Shown here: in pieces, positions 9,201 through 16,431 of the stretch | Numbering within the stretch: position 1 is the first letter of the stretch | Layout of the letters: every line of letters begins with the position of its first letter | Assembly (NCBI RefSeq): GCF_002831565.1 | Contig: NZ_CP025096.1 | Span: 5,381,391 to 5,405,390 of the forward strand | Source: Spirosoma pollinicola | GTDB taxonomy: Bacteria > Bacteroidota > Bacteroidia > Cytophagales > Spirosomataceae | DNA length: 24,000 bases | Direction of reading: 5' to 3' | The notes under the pieces: generated by a model | What the model was told of the DNA's origin: nothing | What the model saw: the letters and a program-made list of their open reading frames with translations, nothing else | Databases searched by the model: none | Program-made: the position numbers and the translations under genes

Positions 9201-9883
9201 TCGTTGGTGTTCACGCACAGCAGAATATCATGCGCTACCCAGTCGTCCTGATCGACATAGTGCGAATCGTTGGACGCGATGATCTTAACGTTGTATTTCC
9301 GGGCGAACTTGATCAGAATTTCATTGGCTTTAATCTGATCGGGAATTTCATGGCGTTGAAGTTCAACGTAATAATCTTCGCCGAAGCGGTCGAGCCACCA
9401 TTTGAATTCAATTTCGCCCGCAGCTTCGCCTTTTTTCAGAATGGTTTTTGGAACGGAGGCACCAATGCAGCAAGTAGAGGCAATCAGCCCTTCTTTATAC
9501 TTATCAATCAGCTCTTTGGTAACGCGGGGATATTTACCATAAAGCCCCTCCATGTAGCCCAATGAACACAGTTTTGCCAGATTTTTATAGCCCTGCGCGT
9601 TTTTGGCTAACAAAAGCTGGTGGTATCGAACGTCTTTTTTCTCTTTTGTGAACTGTTTGATCGTATGATCTTCCACCACATAGAACTCGCAGCCGACAAT
9701 GGGTTTGATGCCCTGCTTACTGGCTTCGGCCACAAATTCGAACACGCCGAACATATTACCGTGATCGGTAATGGCAACGGCGGGCATATTATCAGCTTTC
9801 GCCTTCTTGATCAGCTTCTTAATATCGGCCTGACCGTCGAGCAGCGAGTATTGGGTATGGCAGTGGAGGTGAGAGAATTGCAT
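6248..9883 (-). CDS. dnaE: DNA polymerase III alpha subunit
   Basis: 1211 aa. It has an N-terminal PHP domain (FSHLHCHTQYSLLDG), a polymerase core (GPGRGSAAGSAVAYCTGITNIDP; MPDIDTDF), the HhH region and a C-terminal OB fold. Confidence 0.97.
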   Translation of the reverse strand: MQFSHLHCHTQYSLLDGQADIKKLIKKAKADNMPAVAITDHGNMFGVFEFVAEASKQGIKPIVGCEFYVVEDHTIKQFTKEKKDVRYHQLLLAKNAQGYKNLAKLCSLGYMEGLYGKYPRVTKELIDKYKEGLIASTCCIGASVPKTILKKGEAAGEIEFKWWLDRFGEDYYVELQRHEIPDQIKANEILIKFARKYNVKIIASNDSHYVDQDDWVAHDILLCVNTNEKQSTPSMKDFSDDDVMPKNTRFAFFSDQFYFKNTQEMTTLFKDLPEAIDNTNEIVGKVETLKLKRDIMLPNFPIPQEFQQHTDDVLNQWEYLRHLTYTGAKERYVDILPHIQERLDFELFTIKTMGFAGYFLIVADFIKAGRDLGVMIGPGRGSAAGSAVAYCTGITNIDPIKYDLLFERFLNPDRKSMPDIDTDFDDEGRQKVIDYVVQKYGKSQVAQIVTYGTMASKSSIKDVARVMDLPLQDANAVVKLVPDKPTYNMTLKRIFEDPLDGPGGLASVIQPEELDNVKRMRALESGDKSAAAAMRIVDYEKVSAVLKQARKLEGTVRNTGLHAAGIIIAPSDLSDIVPVSTSKDTNLIITQYEGKVIEDAGVIKMDFLGLRNLTIIKECLRLIRQNHGGFLINGVETDIDDIPLDDEETYKLFQRGETNAVFQFESDGMKKHMKDLKPDRFGDLIAMNALYRPGPIAYIPNYINRKHGREEVKYDMPEMEEYLADTYGITVYQEQLMLLSQKLGNFTKGDADVLRKAMGKKDKATLDKMKGKFMDGCASNNLPLKVCEKVWTDWEAFASYAFNKSHSTCYAFVAYQTAFLKAHYRPEYMAAVLTSCLGTIDKITFFMEECKNINIPVLGPDVNESERFFGVNKKGEIRFGLGGIKGAGDAAVEAIIEERKAGGPFKDIFDFAVRVNLRTVNKKTWESLAYAGAFDSIDEYHRAQYFDMSDTDTSPFLDKIIRYGSNYHAEKAAAQQSLFGAMMNGEPMLARPKAPMVTEWNQIEKLKFEKDVVGFYITGHPLDEFKLEMDGFCNCTLANIFETKQPEIKVGCIVSAVQMRVTKSGNPFCIFKVEDYNSSLEMALFGDDYVRLVQYIEVGRFLHITGKTQNKWGSEQLEFKPTSIRLLNDMREKFCKELRVSLTLDALNAQLVARINELVNAHPGSCTLSLNVIDHSERIEVSLQARTLKVSPANSFLKALEAIDGVTCKVA

Positions 9884-10060
9884 ATGTCTGATCGGACCGC
9901 CGACGCGGCCGGGATTACAAAGATTTTCCTGATTTCTGATTTATCAGGATTTCGTTCGTCTGTAAATTTAAACTAAACAAGCCGGGAACGGATAACGATG
10001 TATCTGGATTTTTTAAAAGATTTTGATAAGCGTCTGAATGTGAAAAGCTTGGTAGAACAT

Positions 10061-10675
10061 CTAGACTAATTCTTTAACGGCCTGTAAAATGCGTTGTTTT
10101 ACCTCAGGCCACCCTATATCATTGAGCGTTATTGGGTCAAGTTGACTATCTGCGTCCTCAAAATAGGTTAAGGAACGAACCACGTAACCGGGGTCACTAT
10201 TGGCGTATTTAGTTGTAAAGAACTGGAGCATTTGCTGGAGCGAAAAATGGTTAAGTAACTCAGTAATGTCCCAAAAATCTTTCTTTGCCCCTCGTCCGCT
10301 AACCGCTCCAAGCTTCATCGCGATAACGTCTTCAATTGACCAGAATCGGATGCCGGCCTCTTCAATAAAAGGACTAATTAACGGGTAACGATGGGCTAAC
10401 AAATCGACTTTAACCCCTTCAATAAATAAACTGAGGGTATTTCTTGCTTCGTCTGTTTTGATTGTCGTTGGAAAATTAAGGAGCAGTTCGTCAAATAGCT
10501 CTTGCTCGGAAAATGATTGATTCGTGAATAAATCCAGATCGACCGATAAGCGATGCCCAAACTGTAAAGCAAGGCTTGTACCACCTGCCAGGGCGAATGA
10601 CTTAAGAATTGGCTGTTGCATAAGCCGTTTCAATAATTCCAGGGTAGCGGGTTCGACTGTTGACGGGTGTAGCAT
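10061..10675 (-). CDS. AbiEii/AbiGii-type (DUF1814) nucleotidyltransferase toxin-family protein, short form
   Basis: 204 aa with the NTase-fold motif G31-G32-T33..(12 aa)..D46-L-D48 (LAGGTSLALQFGHRLSVDLDLF). It overlaps the upstream gene by 46 nt. An alternative start at M19 would reduce the overlap to 10 nt. Confidence 0.8.
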   Translation of the reverse strand: MLHPSTVEPATLELLKRLMQQPILKSFALAGGTSLALQFGHRLSVDLDLFTNQSFSEQELFDELLLNFPTTIKTDEARNTLSLFIEGVKVDLLAHRYPLISPFIEEAGIRFWSIEDVIAMKLGAVSGRGAKKDFWDITELLNHFSLQQMLQFFTTKYANSDPGYVVRSLTYFEDADSQLDPITLNDIGWPEVKQRILQAVKELV

Positions 10676-10929
10676 CGAAACTGATTGGGAGTGAGATCAA
10701 AGATAGCGCAGCAGAATGAGAGCGTTTTCTTTTTGAGGTAAGCTGCCTGAACAACCTCCGCTTTCACACGTTCGCGGCCATAATACCGAACTACTTCCAG
10801 TATATCGGCCCACAAACCATAGTTCATTACTTTCTCAATCACGAAGCGGGCGTTGGTTTCGTAATCTATCGCTGCCATGTTTATGTCCCAGAAGGCTGTG
10901 GGGGAGAGGTGTGGTTTGGGCGCTGTCAT
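10630..10929 (-). CDS. Small conserved partner of the AbiEii-type NTase (putative antitoxin; DUF6922-like from memory, unverified)
   Basis: 99 aa with an ATG start that overlaps the upstream ORF's stop in ATGA. The pattern FWD...(I)DYE.N..FVIEKV.NYG...D...V..YYG...V is one I recall upstream of Bacteroidota AbiEii genes. Confidence 0.65.
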   Translation of the reverse strand: MTAPKPHLSPTAFWDINMAAIDYETNARFVIEKVMNYGLWADILEVVRYYGRERVKAEVVQAAYLKKKTLSFCCAIFDLTPNQFRCYTRQQSNPLPWNY

Positions 10930-11201
10930 TGTAGAAATGCTGTATCTAAAATGTGCTGCGCTTTTTTTAGGTTTTCTAGTGTTGCGTCAAAGTCAAGTTT
11001 TCCTTCCTTCACTTCTCGATAGTTACCTTTCCAGCGTGAGACTGTCATGTATCGTCCATTACCCATTCTAGCTGGCCGCTTTATTTCCAAGCCTAATTGT
11101 TCACTTGCTTTTGCTAGTTTATTGTAAGCATCAAGACGGTACTCTTGACGTTTGAGTTCATCTATTACTTCGATTTTGAAGCACAGTTCCTGATTTTCCA
11201 A
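10926..11201 (-). CDS. Hypothetical 91-aa protein (orphan; predicted helical N-terminal half)
   Basis: The ORF lies in the same operon, 21 nt after the nuclease gene's stop. The annotated start is TTG (caa at 11199-11201 on +). The first in-frame ATG would give only 46 aa. I recognise no family. Confidence 0.5.
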   Translation of the reverse strand: MENQELCFKIEVIDELKRQEYRLDAYNKLAKASEQLGLEIKRPARMGNGRYMTVSRWKGNYREVKEGKLDFDATLENLKKAQHILDTAFLQ

Positions 11202-11222
11202 CTGAAGATACGGTTTATATGC

Positions 11223-11966
11223 CTAATCAGGTAATTCTATGAAATACCACCAGAAGCCGAAAAATCCGCCTGCTGGGTTGGCAATGTAACTCCAATTTGC
11301 CCCGTCATCTTGGGTAATAGTATAGAGTTGATCTCGGTTATCATATATCCTTAAGAAGAAACCTCGCCAGTCGTTGTCGCTCCATAAAGACTTACCCGAT
11401 TCATCAAATAAGTTTGTTTTCTCATATTGGTTGACCACATATTCCATTCCTTCCAAGTGGTCTAGGAAATCTCGATAAATATTATTTGCTGTAGATTCTC
11501 CCCGCAAAAATTGCAGGAAATCTTTACGCAAATAGGTTTTGTATCGACCTACGTCAAACTTTGACTGATAGCCGGTTTTAAAATAGATTGGTACAATTTG
11601 GTCTTCTGTATACTCCTTCAATATATTACTGTAGTACCGATCAAGTTGGCCTGAGTGATGATCTGTGTGAGTTTTGTCTTCAATTAAAATAGCTAGTTGA
11701 TTAGCTTCTTTTGCATTGATCTCAATTAATACGTCAAGTTTTTCCACTTGTCGGCGCACTTTTACAGTTTGAACACTTTCCATGGCGTAATCAGGCTTAT
11801 GCTTATGAACGAGTGACAGTAGAAATTTACGAGATATTTGATGTAACTCAGCATCAGCTAGTGTTGGATCAGCCCAAGCGGCCAGCCAACAGATAAAGGC
11901 ATCTTGTGATAACTCGCTGGTTGCGTAATGAAATAAATTCGGTTGGTGTGGTTTTTCGGTTTCCAT
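11223..11966 (-). CDS. PD-(D/E)XK nuclease superfamily protein (PDDEXK_4-like)
   Basis: 247 aa. An N-terminal helix (ATSELSQDAFICWL, E18) is followed by the core D78 (LDVLIEI) and E96-D-K98 (LAILIEDKTH), then HSGQLDRYY. The Trp/Gly-rich C-terminus (GGFFGFWWY) is typical of this family as I recall it. Confidence 0.8.
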   Translation of the reverse strand: METEKPHQPNLFHYATSELSQDAFICWLAAWADPTLADAELHQISRKFLLSLVHKHKPDYAMESVQTVKVRRQVEKLDVLIEINAKEANQLAILIEDKTHTDHHSGQLDRYYSNILKEYTEDQIVPIYFKTGYQSKFDVGRYKTYLRKDFLQFLRGESTANNIYRDFLDHLEGMEYVVNQYEKTNLFDESGKSLWSDNDWRGFFLRIYDNRDQLYTITQDDGANWSYIANPAGGFFGFWWYFIELPD

Positions 11967-12115
11967 GTGGTCGTTCTGGTTATGCTGAATTTTTAAGCAG
12001 TCGTTATGAGCCTTCTACTCCAGACCATTCCCTCAACTTATCAAAAATTTATAAAAATCTACAAACTCTATACTTTAACATATGATTCTGATTTTACAAC
12101 AAAACCCAGAATCTC

Positions 12116-12631
12116 ATGCAAACGCAACAGCGCACATTGAATCCGGTTGAACTGGATAAGCTTAAAGACAAAATCAAGGACATACGTATTGCCATGCTGA
12201 CGACGCAGGAAGCCGATGGCGACTTTCACACGCGGCCAATGGCTACTCACGAAATAGAGCCCGACGGTACGATGTGGTTTTTTACCTACGACAACTCGAA
12301 CAAGGTGAACGAAATTCGCCAGAACGAACGCATCGCGCTGGGATTTTCAGACCCCGGTTCAGAAGTGTATGTCTCTACGTCGGGCCATGCCGAAGTGGTG
12401 AAAGACAAAGCAAAAATTGATGAGTTGTGGAGCGATGTTCTGAAAACATGGTTTCCCAATGGCAAAGATGATCCAAATCTTGCCCTGTTGAAAGTAACAA
12501 CCCACGCGGGCGAATACTGGGATCGGCCGGGCGGGAAAATGGTGAAGCTGTTCGAAATGGCGAAAGGGGCACTTACCGGCGAAACGGACAAAACGGGTCG
12601 CAACGAAAAATTTGGCGATGAGCCACAGTAA
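12116..12631 (+). CDS. Pyridoxamine 5'-phosphate oxidase-like / general stress protein 26 family protein
   Basis: 171 aa. The pattern ..IRIAMLTT...DG.FHTRPM......DG.MWFFT.......EI..N..I.L.FSDP....YVS.SG.AEVV.D...I.ELW is characteristic of the YdaG/GSP26 family. Confidence 0.85.
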   Translation: MQTQQRTLNPVELDKLKDKIKDIRIAMLTTQEADGDFHTRPMATHEIEPDGTMWFFTYDNSNKVNEIRQNERIALGFSDPGSEVYVSTSGHAEVVKDKAKIDELWSDVLKTWFPNGKDDPNLALLKVTTHAGEYWDRPGGKMVKLFEMAKGALTGETDKTGRNEKFGDEPQ

Positions 12632-12645
12632 TAAAATGACGAAAG

Positions 12646-12685
12646 CATAGTTCTGGCGCGGGTGTTCATCCGCGCCAGAACTATG
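12646..12685. terminator. Hairpin between convergent genes (16-bp perfect stem, 8-nt loop)
   Basis: catagttctggcgcgg (12646-12661) pairs perfectly with ccgcgccagaactatg (12670-12685). It has no clear U-tract. Confidence 0.55.
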
Positions 12686-12710
12686 AGTTCATTACTGAAT
12701 GACAGAATGT

Positions 12711-13154
12711 TTACAAAGTTTGCTCTGCCCATACGTAGCAGGTTGAATCGGGAACAGGCCGTTTCACAAACGAAAAATACCTGGACTGGTAATCCTTACC
12801 AGTCCCGCAATTAACGGATACCTGAACGACAAATTTTGGCGCATCTTTAAGGATAGACTCCCCAATAATTATCTGTTCACCTGAGGCATTTCGGTAGGAA
12901 CTAGTCGTGACGTCATTTGACAGGGTATCTTTCTGAAGAAAAATATTGTAATCAAACTGCAATACGGAGCCTACCCGATAATTAGATACTATTAATTGAA
13001 CCCCTGGATAACCACTGTCGCAGGGGGCTTTGGCAATGAGTGTCGTTGGTGGCTGACAGTCGGTTTGCTGTGGGTCACTCTGTGTTTGACAGCCGATGAA
13101 TACGAGGGAACCAATAAACTGACTTAAGAGTAAGGCCAGGTTTTTCATAGTCAT
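12711..13154 (-). CDS. Hypothetical lipoprotein
   Basis: 147 aa with a signal peptide and lipobox (LVFIGC). I recognise no family. Confidence 0.65.
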   Translation of the reverse strand: MTMKNLALLLSQFIGSLVFIGCQTQSDPQQTDCQPPTTLIAKAPCDSGYPGVQLIVSNYRVGSVLQFDYNIFLQKDTLSNDVTTSSYRNASGEQIIIGESILKDAPKFVVQVSVNCGTGKDYQSRYFSFVKRPVPDSTCYVWAEQTL

Positions 13155-13239
13155 GTTCAGAATGATTTATCCTTTATACAACTAATGAAGACGTATTTAT
13201 GTGTTCAGTATAGCGCGTTTTTTTTAGTAAAATTTATAC

Positions 13240-14532
13240 TTATCCAAGAAGTCGGGTTAGTGCAAACTGCTTGATCTTTCCCTGATCACCAGCAATGGTC
13301 CTGGCGGCAATCTCTCCAAATGAAGCTCCCTGTTTGTAGCCGTGCCCGGAATCACCACCCATTAACCACAGATTACTGGCTTCAGGGTGCGTGTCCAGTA
13401 TAAAATCTGAGTCGGGCGTGCTTGTATACTGGCAAACCCGTTGTTCAATTAACGGCTGACCAACCATTTTGGGGAATCGCTTTTTGATGACGCCCAGCAC
13501 CATGTCCAATTCTTCCTGTTTAGCCATGCGGTGATAAGTGTCGAATCGATCTGTTACATTGTTGTCAGGGGGTGTCAGGCCAACTTTGAATCCCCGAAAA
13601 TCGCTGCCCGGTATGCCGAACGAGCGAAACGGGCCATCTATGTCCCGGTCCATCCAGGTTGGCAATTTATTCTCCATAAGATCGGCTTGACCTGATGGCG
13701 ACGCAAAGAAGAAACATAGCGCCCGTGTCACTTTAAGCTTTTTCGTTAGCTCCGGAAACAAGCGCACTAGCCACGGACCACAGGCAAATACAAACTGATC
13801 GGCTTCCAGCAAACTCCCATCCGAAAGAGTTATCGATGTTACTCTGCCCCCTTTGATTGCTTCCTGTTTTACCTGGGTTTGCAGAAAGGTGCCGCCTTCT
13901 TTAACGAATAAATCACAAACAGCCTGACAGCCTTTTCGGGCATCCAGATACCCGGCGTTGGGATCGTATAAGACATGATCCAGACCTTCCGTCCCGATTT
14001 GGGGCCACCGTTTTACTGCATCAGTCAGACTAACGTTTTCGAGGGGTAAGCCCGCTTTTTTATAAATGGCAATGGCTGATTCGGATTCTGCCTTGCTGGA
14101 TGGGTAATTGAAAAGCAACAGGCCGTTCTGATGAAGTAGTTTCTGCCCCATACGGGGTTCGTTCTCTTTCCATAAGGTTACGGCCCGCATGGCCATGTCA
14201 ACGTAAATCGGGTCGCTGTAATAGGCACGAATTAGCCGGGTTTCGCCACCCGAACTGGCCTGACTATTACCAGCCCCGAACTGATCGATGAGTGTTACTT
14301 TGTAGCCTTGGCGCAGCAGATGCAAGGCTGTCCAGCCACCAAACGCACCAGCTCCAACAACAATGATCTTCCCTTTTTTGACGGGTGCTTTGATGAACGC
14401 AGCGGACGATTGCGCGGGTTTAAATAAGGTCGTACCAAAAGCAGTTAGGGCTGTAGCCTGAAGGCTGGATTTTAGTAGTTGGCGCCTGTTTATATGGGTT
14501 GTGTCTCGGTCGTTTTGAGATTCAGTTGGCAT
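13240..14532 (-). CDS. FAD-dependent oxidoreductase (DAO / sarcosine-oxidase-like) with a Tat signal
   Basis: 430 aa. It has a twin-arginine motif (INRRQLLKSS..ALTAFG) and a Rossmann dinucleotide motif (KIIVVGAGAFGGWTALHLLRQGYKVTLIDQ). Confidence 0.88.
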   Translation of the reverse strand: MPTESQNDRDTTHINRRQLLKSSLQATALTAFGTTLFKPAQSSAAFIKAPVKKGKIIVVGAGAFGGWTALHLLRQGYKVTLIDQFGAGNSQASSGGETRLIRAYYSDPIYVDMAMRAVTLWKENEPRMGQKLLHQNGLLLFNYPSSKAESESAIAIYKKAGLPLENVSLTDAVKRWPQIGTEGLDHVLYDPNAGYLDARKGCQAVCDLFVKEGGTFLQTQVKQEAIKGGRVTSITLSDGSLLEADQFVFACGPWLVRLFPELTKKLKVTRALCFFFASPSGQADLMENKLPTWMDRDIDGPFRSFGIPGSDFRGFKVGLTPPDNNVTDRFDTYHRMAKQEELDMVLGVIKKRFPKMVGQPLIEQRVCQYTSTPDSDFILDTHPEASNLWLMGGDSGHGYKQGASFGEIAARTIAGDQGKIKQFALTRLLG

Positions 14533-14580
14533 GGTCTTGATAAGTTGGTTGGAAGAATTAGAGTAGCCTCACGGCAGCGG

Positions 14581-14616
14581 CCCTCACCCCAACCCCTCTC
14601 CCAAAACGGGAGAGGG
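14581..14616. repeat. Left 36-bp inverted repeat of the DUF559 cassette, containing its own 9-bp hairpin
   Basis: The reverse complement of ccctcaccccaacccctctcccaaaacgggagaggg is identical to 15044-15079. The internal hairpin is ccctctccc-aaaac-gggagaggg, followed by acttttt. Confidence 0.9.
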
Positions 14617-14682
14617 ACTTTTTGTCGGTGACTTCGTAACCTGTGGCCTGTAGTTTCGTCTACTGTTGTAAAAAGTATATCT

Positions 14683-15039
14683 ATGAAACGGGCTTCGAGT
14701 ACACCCTCTATGAAAGAACTTCGTCGGGAACTTCGACAGAAACAGACAAAAGCGGAAGAAGTACTGTGGGCAGAACTACGCGGACGACGATTGATAAATG
14801 TAAAATTCCGTCGTCAACACAGTTTTGGGCATTTCATAGTTGATTTTTACTGCTTCGACTTTAAGCTTGTTATCGAAATTGATGGTGCCGTTCACAACAC
14901 TAGAGAAGCTCGTATCAGTGACGCAGAGCGCGAAGTGGTTCTTTGTGACCTAGGCTTAACGGTAATGCGTTTTACAAATAACGATGTACTGAACAGGCTG
15001 GATAACGTCCTTCAAAAGATTCAAGAGAATCTACAGTAA
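14683..15039 (+). CDS. DUF559 (Vsr-like) endonuclease-domain protein
   Basis: 118 aa. The pattern LR..QT.AE..LW..LR.RR....KFRRQ...G.FIVDFYC...KLVIEIDG..H........D..R...L...GL.V.RF.N..V is typical of DUF559. The start may instead be the second Met, at 14710. Confidence 0.85.
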   Translation: MKRASSTPSMKELRRELRQKQTKAEEVLWAELRGRRLINVKFRRQHSFGHFIVDFYCFDFKLVIEIDGAVHNTREARISDAEREVVLCDLGLTVMRFTNNDVLNRLDNVLQKIQENLQ

Positions 15040-15043
15040 AAGC

Positions 15044-15079
15044 CCCTCTCCCGTTTTGGGAGAGGGGTTGGGGTGAGGG
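15044..15079. repeat. Right 36-bp inverted repeat of the DUF559 cassette
   Basis: ccctctcccgttttgggagaggggttggggtgaggg is the perfect reverse complement of 14581-14616. It lies 4 nt after the DUF559 stop and 6 nt before the PmbA-like stop. Confidence 0.9.
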
Positions 15080-15085
15080 TACTAA

Positions 15086-16426
15086 TCACACCGCATCCGA
15101 CAAACTCGTAAACGTAAATTCCCGAATCTTCATGGCTGGAATCAGGTAGTTCGTGAAGGAGCCTTCTGTGCTCACAACCCGTTCTACTTTCCCGAGCGTT
15201 TCCAGATTGTTGAGCATGATAACCGGGCTTTCGTTGAACCGGAAATTCTTGACTGGGTGCTTTATTTTACCGTTCTCAATGTAAAATGTCCCATCGCGGG
15301 TTAGTCCCGTAACCAGTAGCGACTGTGGGTCGACCGAGCGGATGTACCAGAACTTGGTAACCAGAATGCCGCGCTGAGTGCTTTTGATGAGTTCGTCGAG
15401 CGAAGCTGTTCCGCCTACCATCATCACATTCGTTGGGGCAGGAACAGCTTTTACGCCTTTCTTTTGCGCCCAGTAGCGAGAATATGACAGGTTTTTGACA
15501 ACGCCTTTCTCAATCCAGTTTATTTTCTCCTGCGCTCGTCCGTCGGCAGCCCAGGGCGATGCGGGTAGTTCTGGATTGGTGGGGTCAGAGTAGATCGTTA
15601 CCCGCTCGTCCATGAGTTGCTCGCCGAGTTTCGTTTTGCCGCCGGGTTTGCTCAGGAAGGAGCGGCCTTCATCGGCGCTACGGGCATCCAGACTACGAAA
15701 GAGGTGTTCGAGCAAAACAGCAGCCGCCAATGGTTCGAGAATAACGGTGTACTTGCCCGGCTCTATGGCCCGTGCACCGACCGAACCAAGTGCTTTTTGG
15801 AGCGCAATCTGTGTAGCCGATGCGGTATTTAATTTGGGGAAATCACTCACGCCCTGAGCTGAAAAGCCCGAACCTGTTCCGTTTTCGGTACGGATCGTTG
15901 CGCTGAAATTGACCTTTGTGCTGGGATAATACGCGAATAAACCTTTGGTGTTCATCATGGCCGAATAGCTGACCCTGTCTTCCAAATAACCAGCCACGGT
16001 CTGTTTCTCCGAACGGGCAATTTGTATACTCTGGCCGACTGCTTTGGCACGAGCTTCTGCCGAAAGGGTTGCCGTAGCATCGAAGAAGCCACTTGCTGGT
16101 ACGTATTTTTGTGGTCCCAGTACGCCCATGTATTCCGGATTTTCGGGAGCCAGCCGGGCGATTTCTTCCGACCGACGAACGACTTTTTCCAGCGACGCAT
16201 CGTCCAGTTCGTCGATGGTCGCAACGCCTACTTTTTTGCCATAAGCTGATTGAACCGACAGTGTTTTATAGACTTTGGAACCGCATGTGGAGACTTTATT
16301 GAGGGCGTATCGAATATTACTCCATTCTTCGCCCTCTAAATGCACTTCGCATTCGTCGGCTTTCGAGTAGGTTAATGCCTTTTGTAAGAGCGCTTTGGCG
16401 TCGGCTTCGGGTAGAATAACAGACAT
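15086..16426 (-). CDS. TldD/PmbA-family (peptidase U62) protein, PmbA/TldE-like, no signal peptide
   Basis: 446 aa, beginning 5 nt downstream of the TldD-like gene's stop. Family-level resemblance runs throughout the protein. The N-terminus ([18 protein letters not shown]) has no hydrophobic signal. Confidence 0.85.
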   Translation of the reverse strand: MSVILPEADAKALLQKALTYSKADECEVHLEGEEWSNIRYALNKVSTCGSKVYKTLSVQSAYGKKVGVATIDELDDASLEKVVRRSEEIARLAPENPEYMGVLGPQKYVPASGFFDATATLSAEARAKAVGQSIQIARSEKQTVAGYLEDRVSYSAMMNTKGLFAYYPSTKVNFSATIRTENGTGSGFSAQGVSDFPKLNTASATQIALQKALGSVGARAIEPGKYTVILEPLAAAVLLEHLFRSLDARSADEGRSFLSKPGGKTKLGEQLMDERVTIYSDPTNPELPASPWAADGRAQEKINWIEKGVVKNLSYSRYWAQKKGVKAVPAPTNVMMVGGTASLDELIKSTQRGILVTKFWYIRSVDPQSLLVTGLTRDGTFYIENGKIKHPVKNFRFNESPVIMLNNLETLGKVERVVSTEGSFTNYLIPAMKIREFTFTSLSDAV

Positions 16427-16431
16427 GGCTA

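Noticed and set aside
6710-9565. Long + strand ORFs (225, 224 and 455 aa, plus shorter ones) antisense to dnaE
   Set aside because: They lie entirely inside the well-supported 1211-aa dnaE frame. Their translations are low-complexity and rich in R, G, V and L, with no recognisable motifs. They are typical shadow ORFs of a codon-biased gene.
9921-9951. Four GATTT motifs and a 7-bp hairpin (tcctgat / atcagga) just upstream of dnaE
   Set aside because: The motifs are short and AT-rich with irregular spacing (9, 7 and 10 nt). They match no regulatory consensus I know, so they may be chance or part of an ordinary 5' UTR.
9884-12115. Flanking direct repeats or att sites for the low-GC four-gene island
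   Set aside because: The only shared string I could find between the two flanks is a 9-mer (ttctgattt), which is too short to be meaningful. I claim no island boundary repeats.
12286-12732. 148-aa and 65-aa minus-strand ORFs opposite the general-stress-protein gene
   Set aside because: They are antisense to a gene with clear PNPOx/GSP26 family motifs, and one runs through the terminator hairpin. They have no features of their own.
14643-14843. 66-aa + strand ORF overlapping the DUF559 gene in another frame
   Set aside because: The DUF559 frame carries the family motifs. This alternative frame uses a non-ATG start and gives a Ser/Thr/Arg-rich translation with no recognisable motifs.
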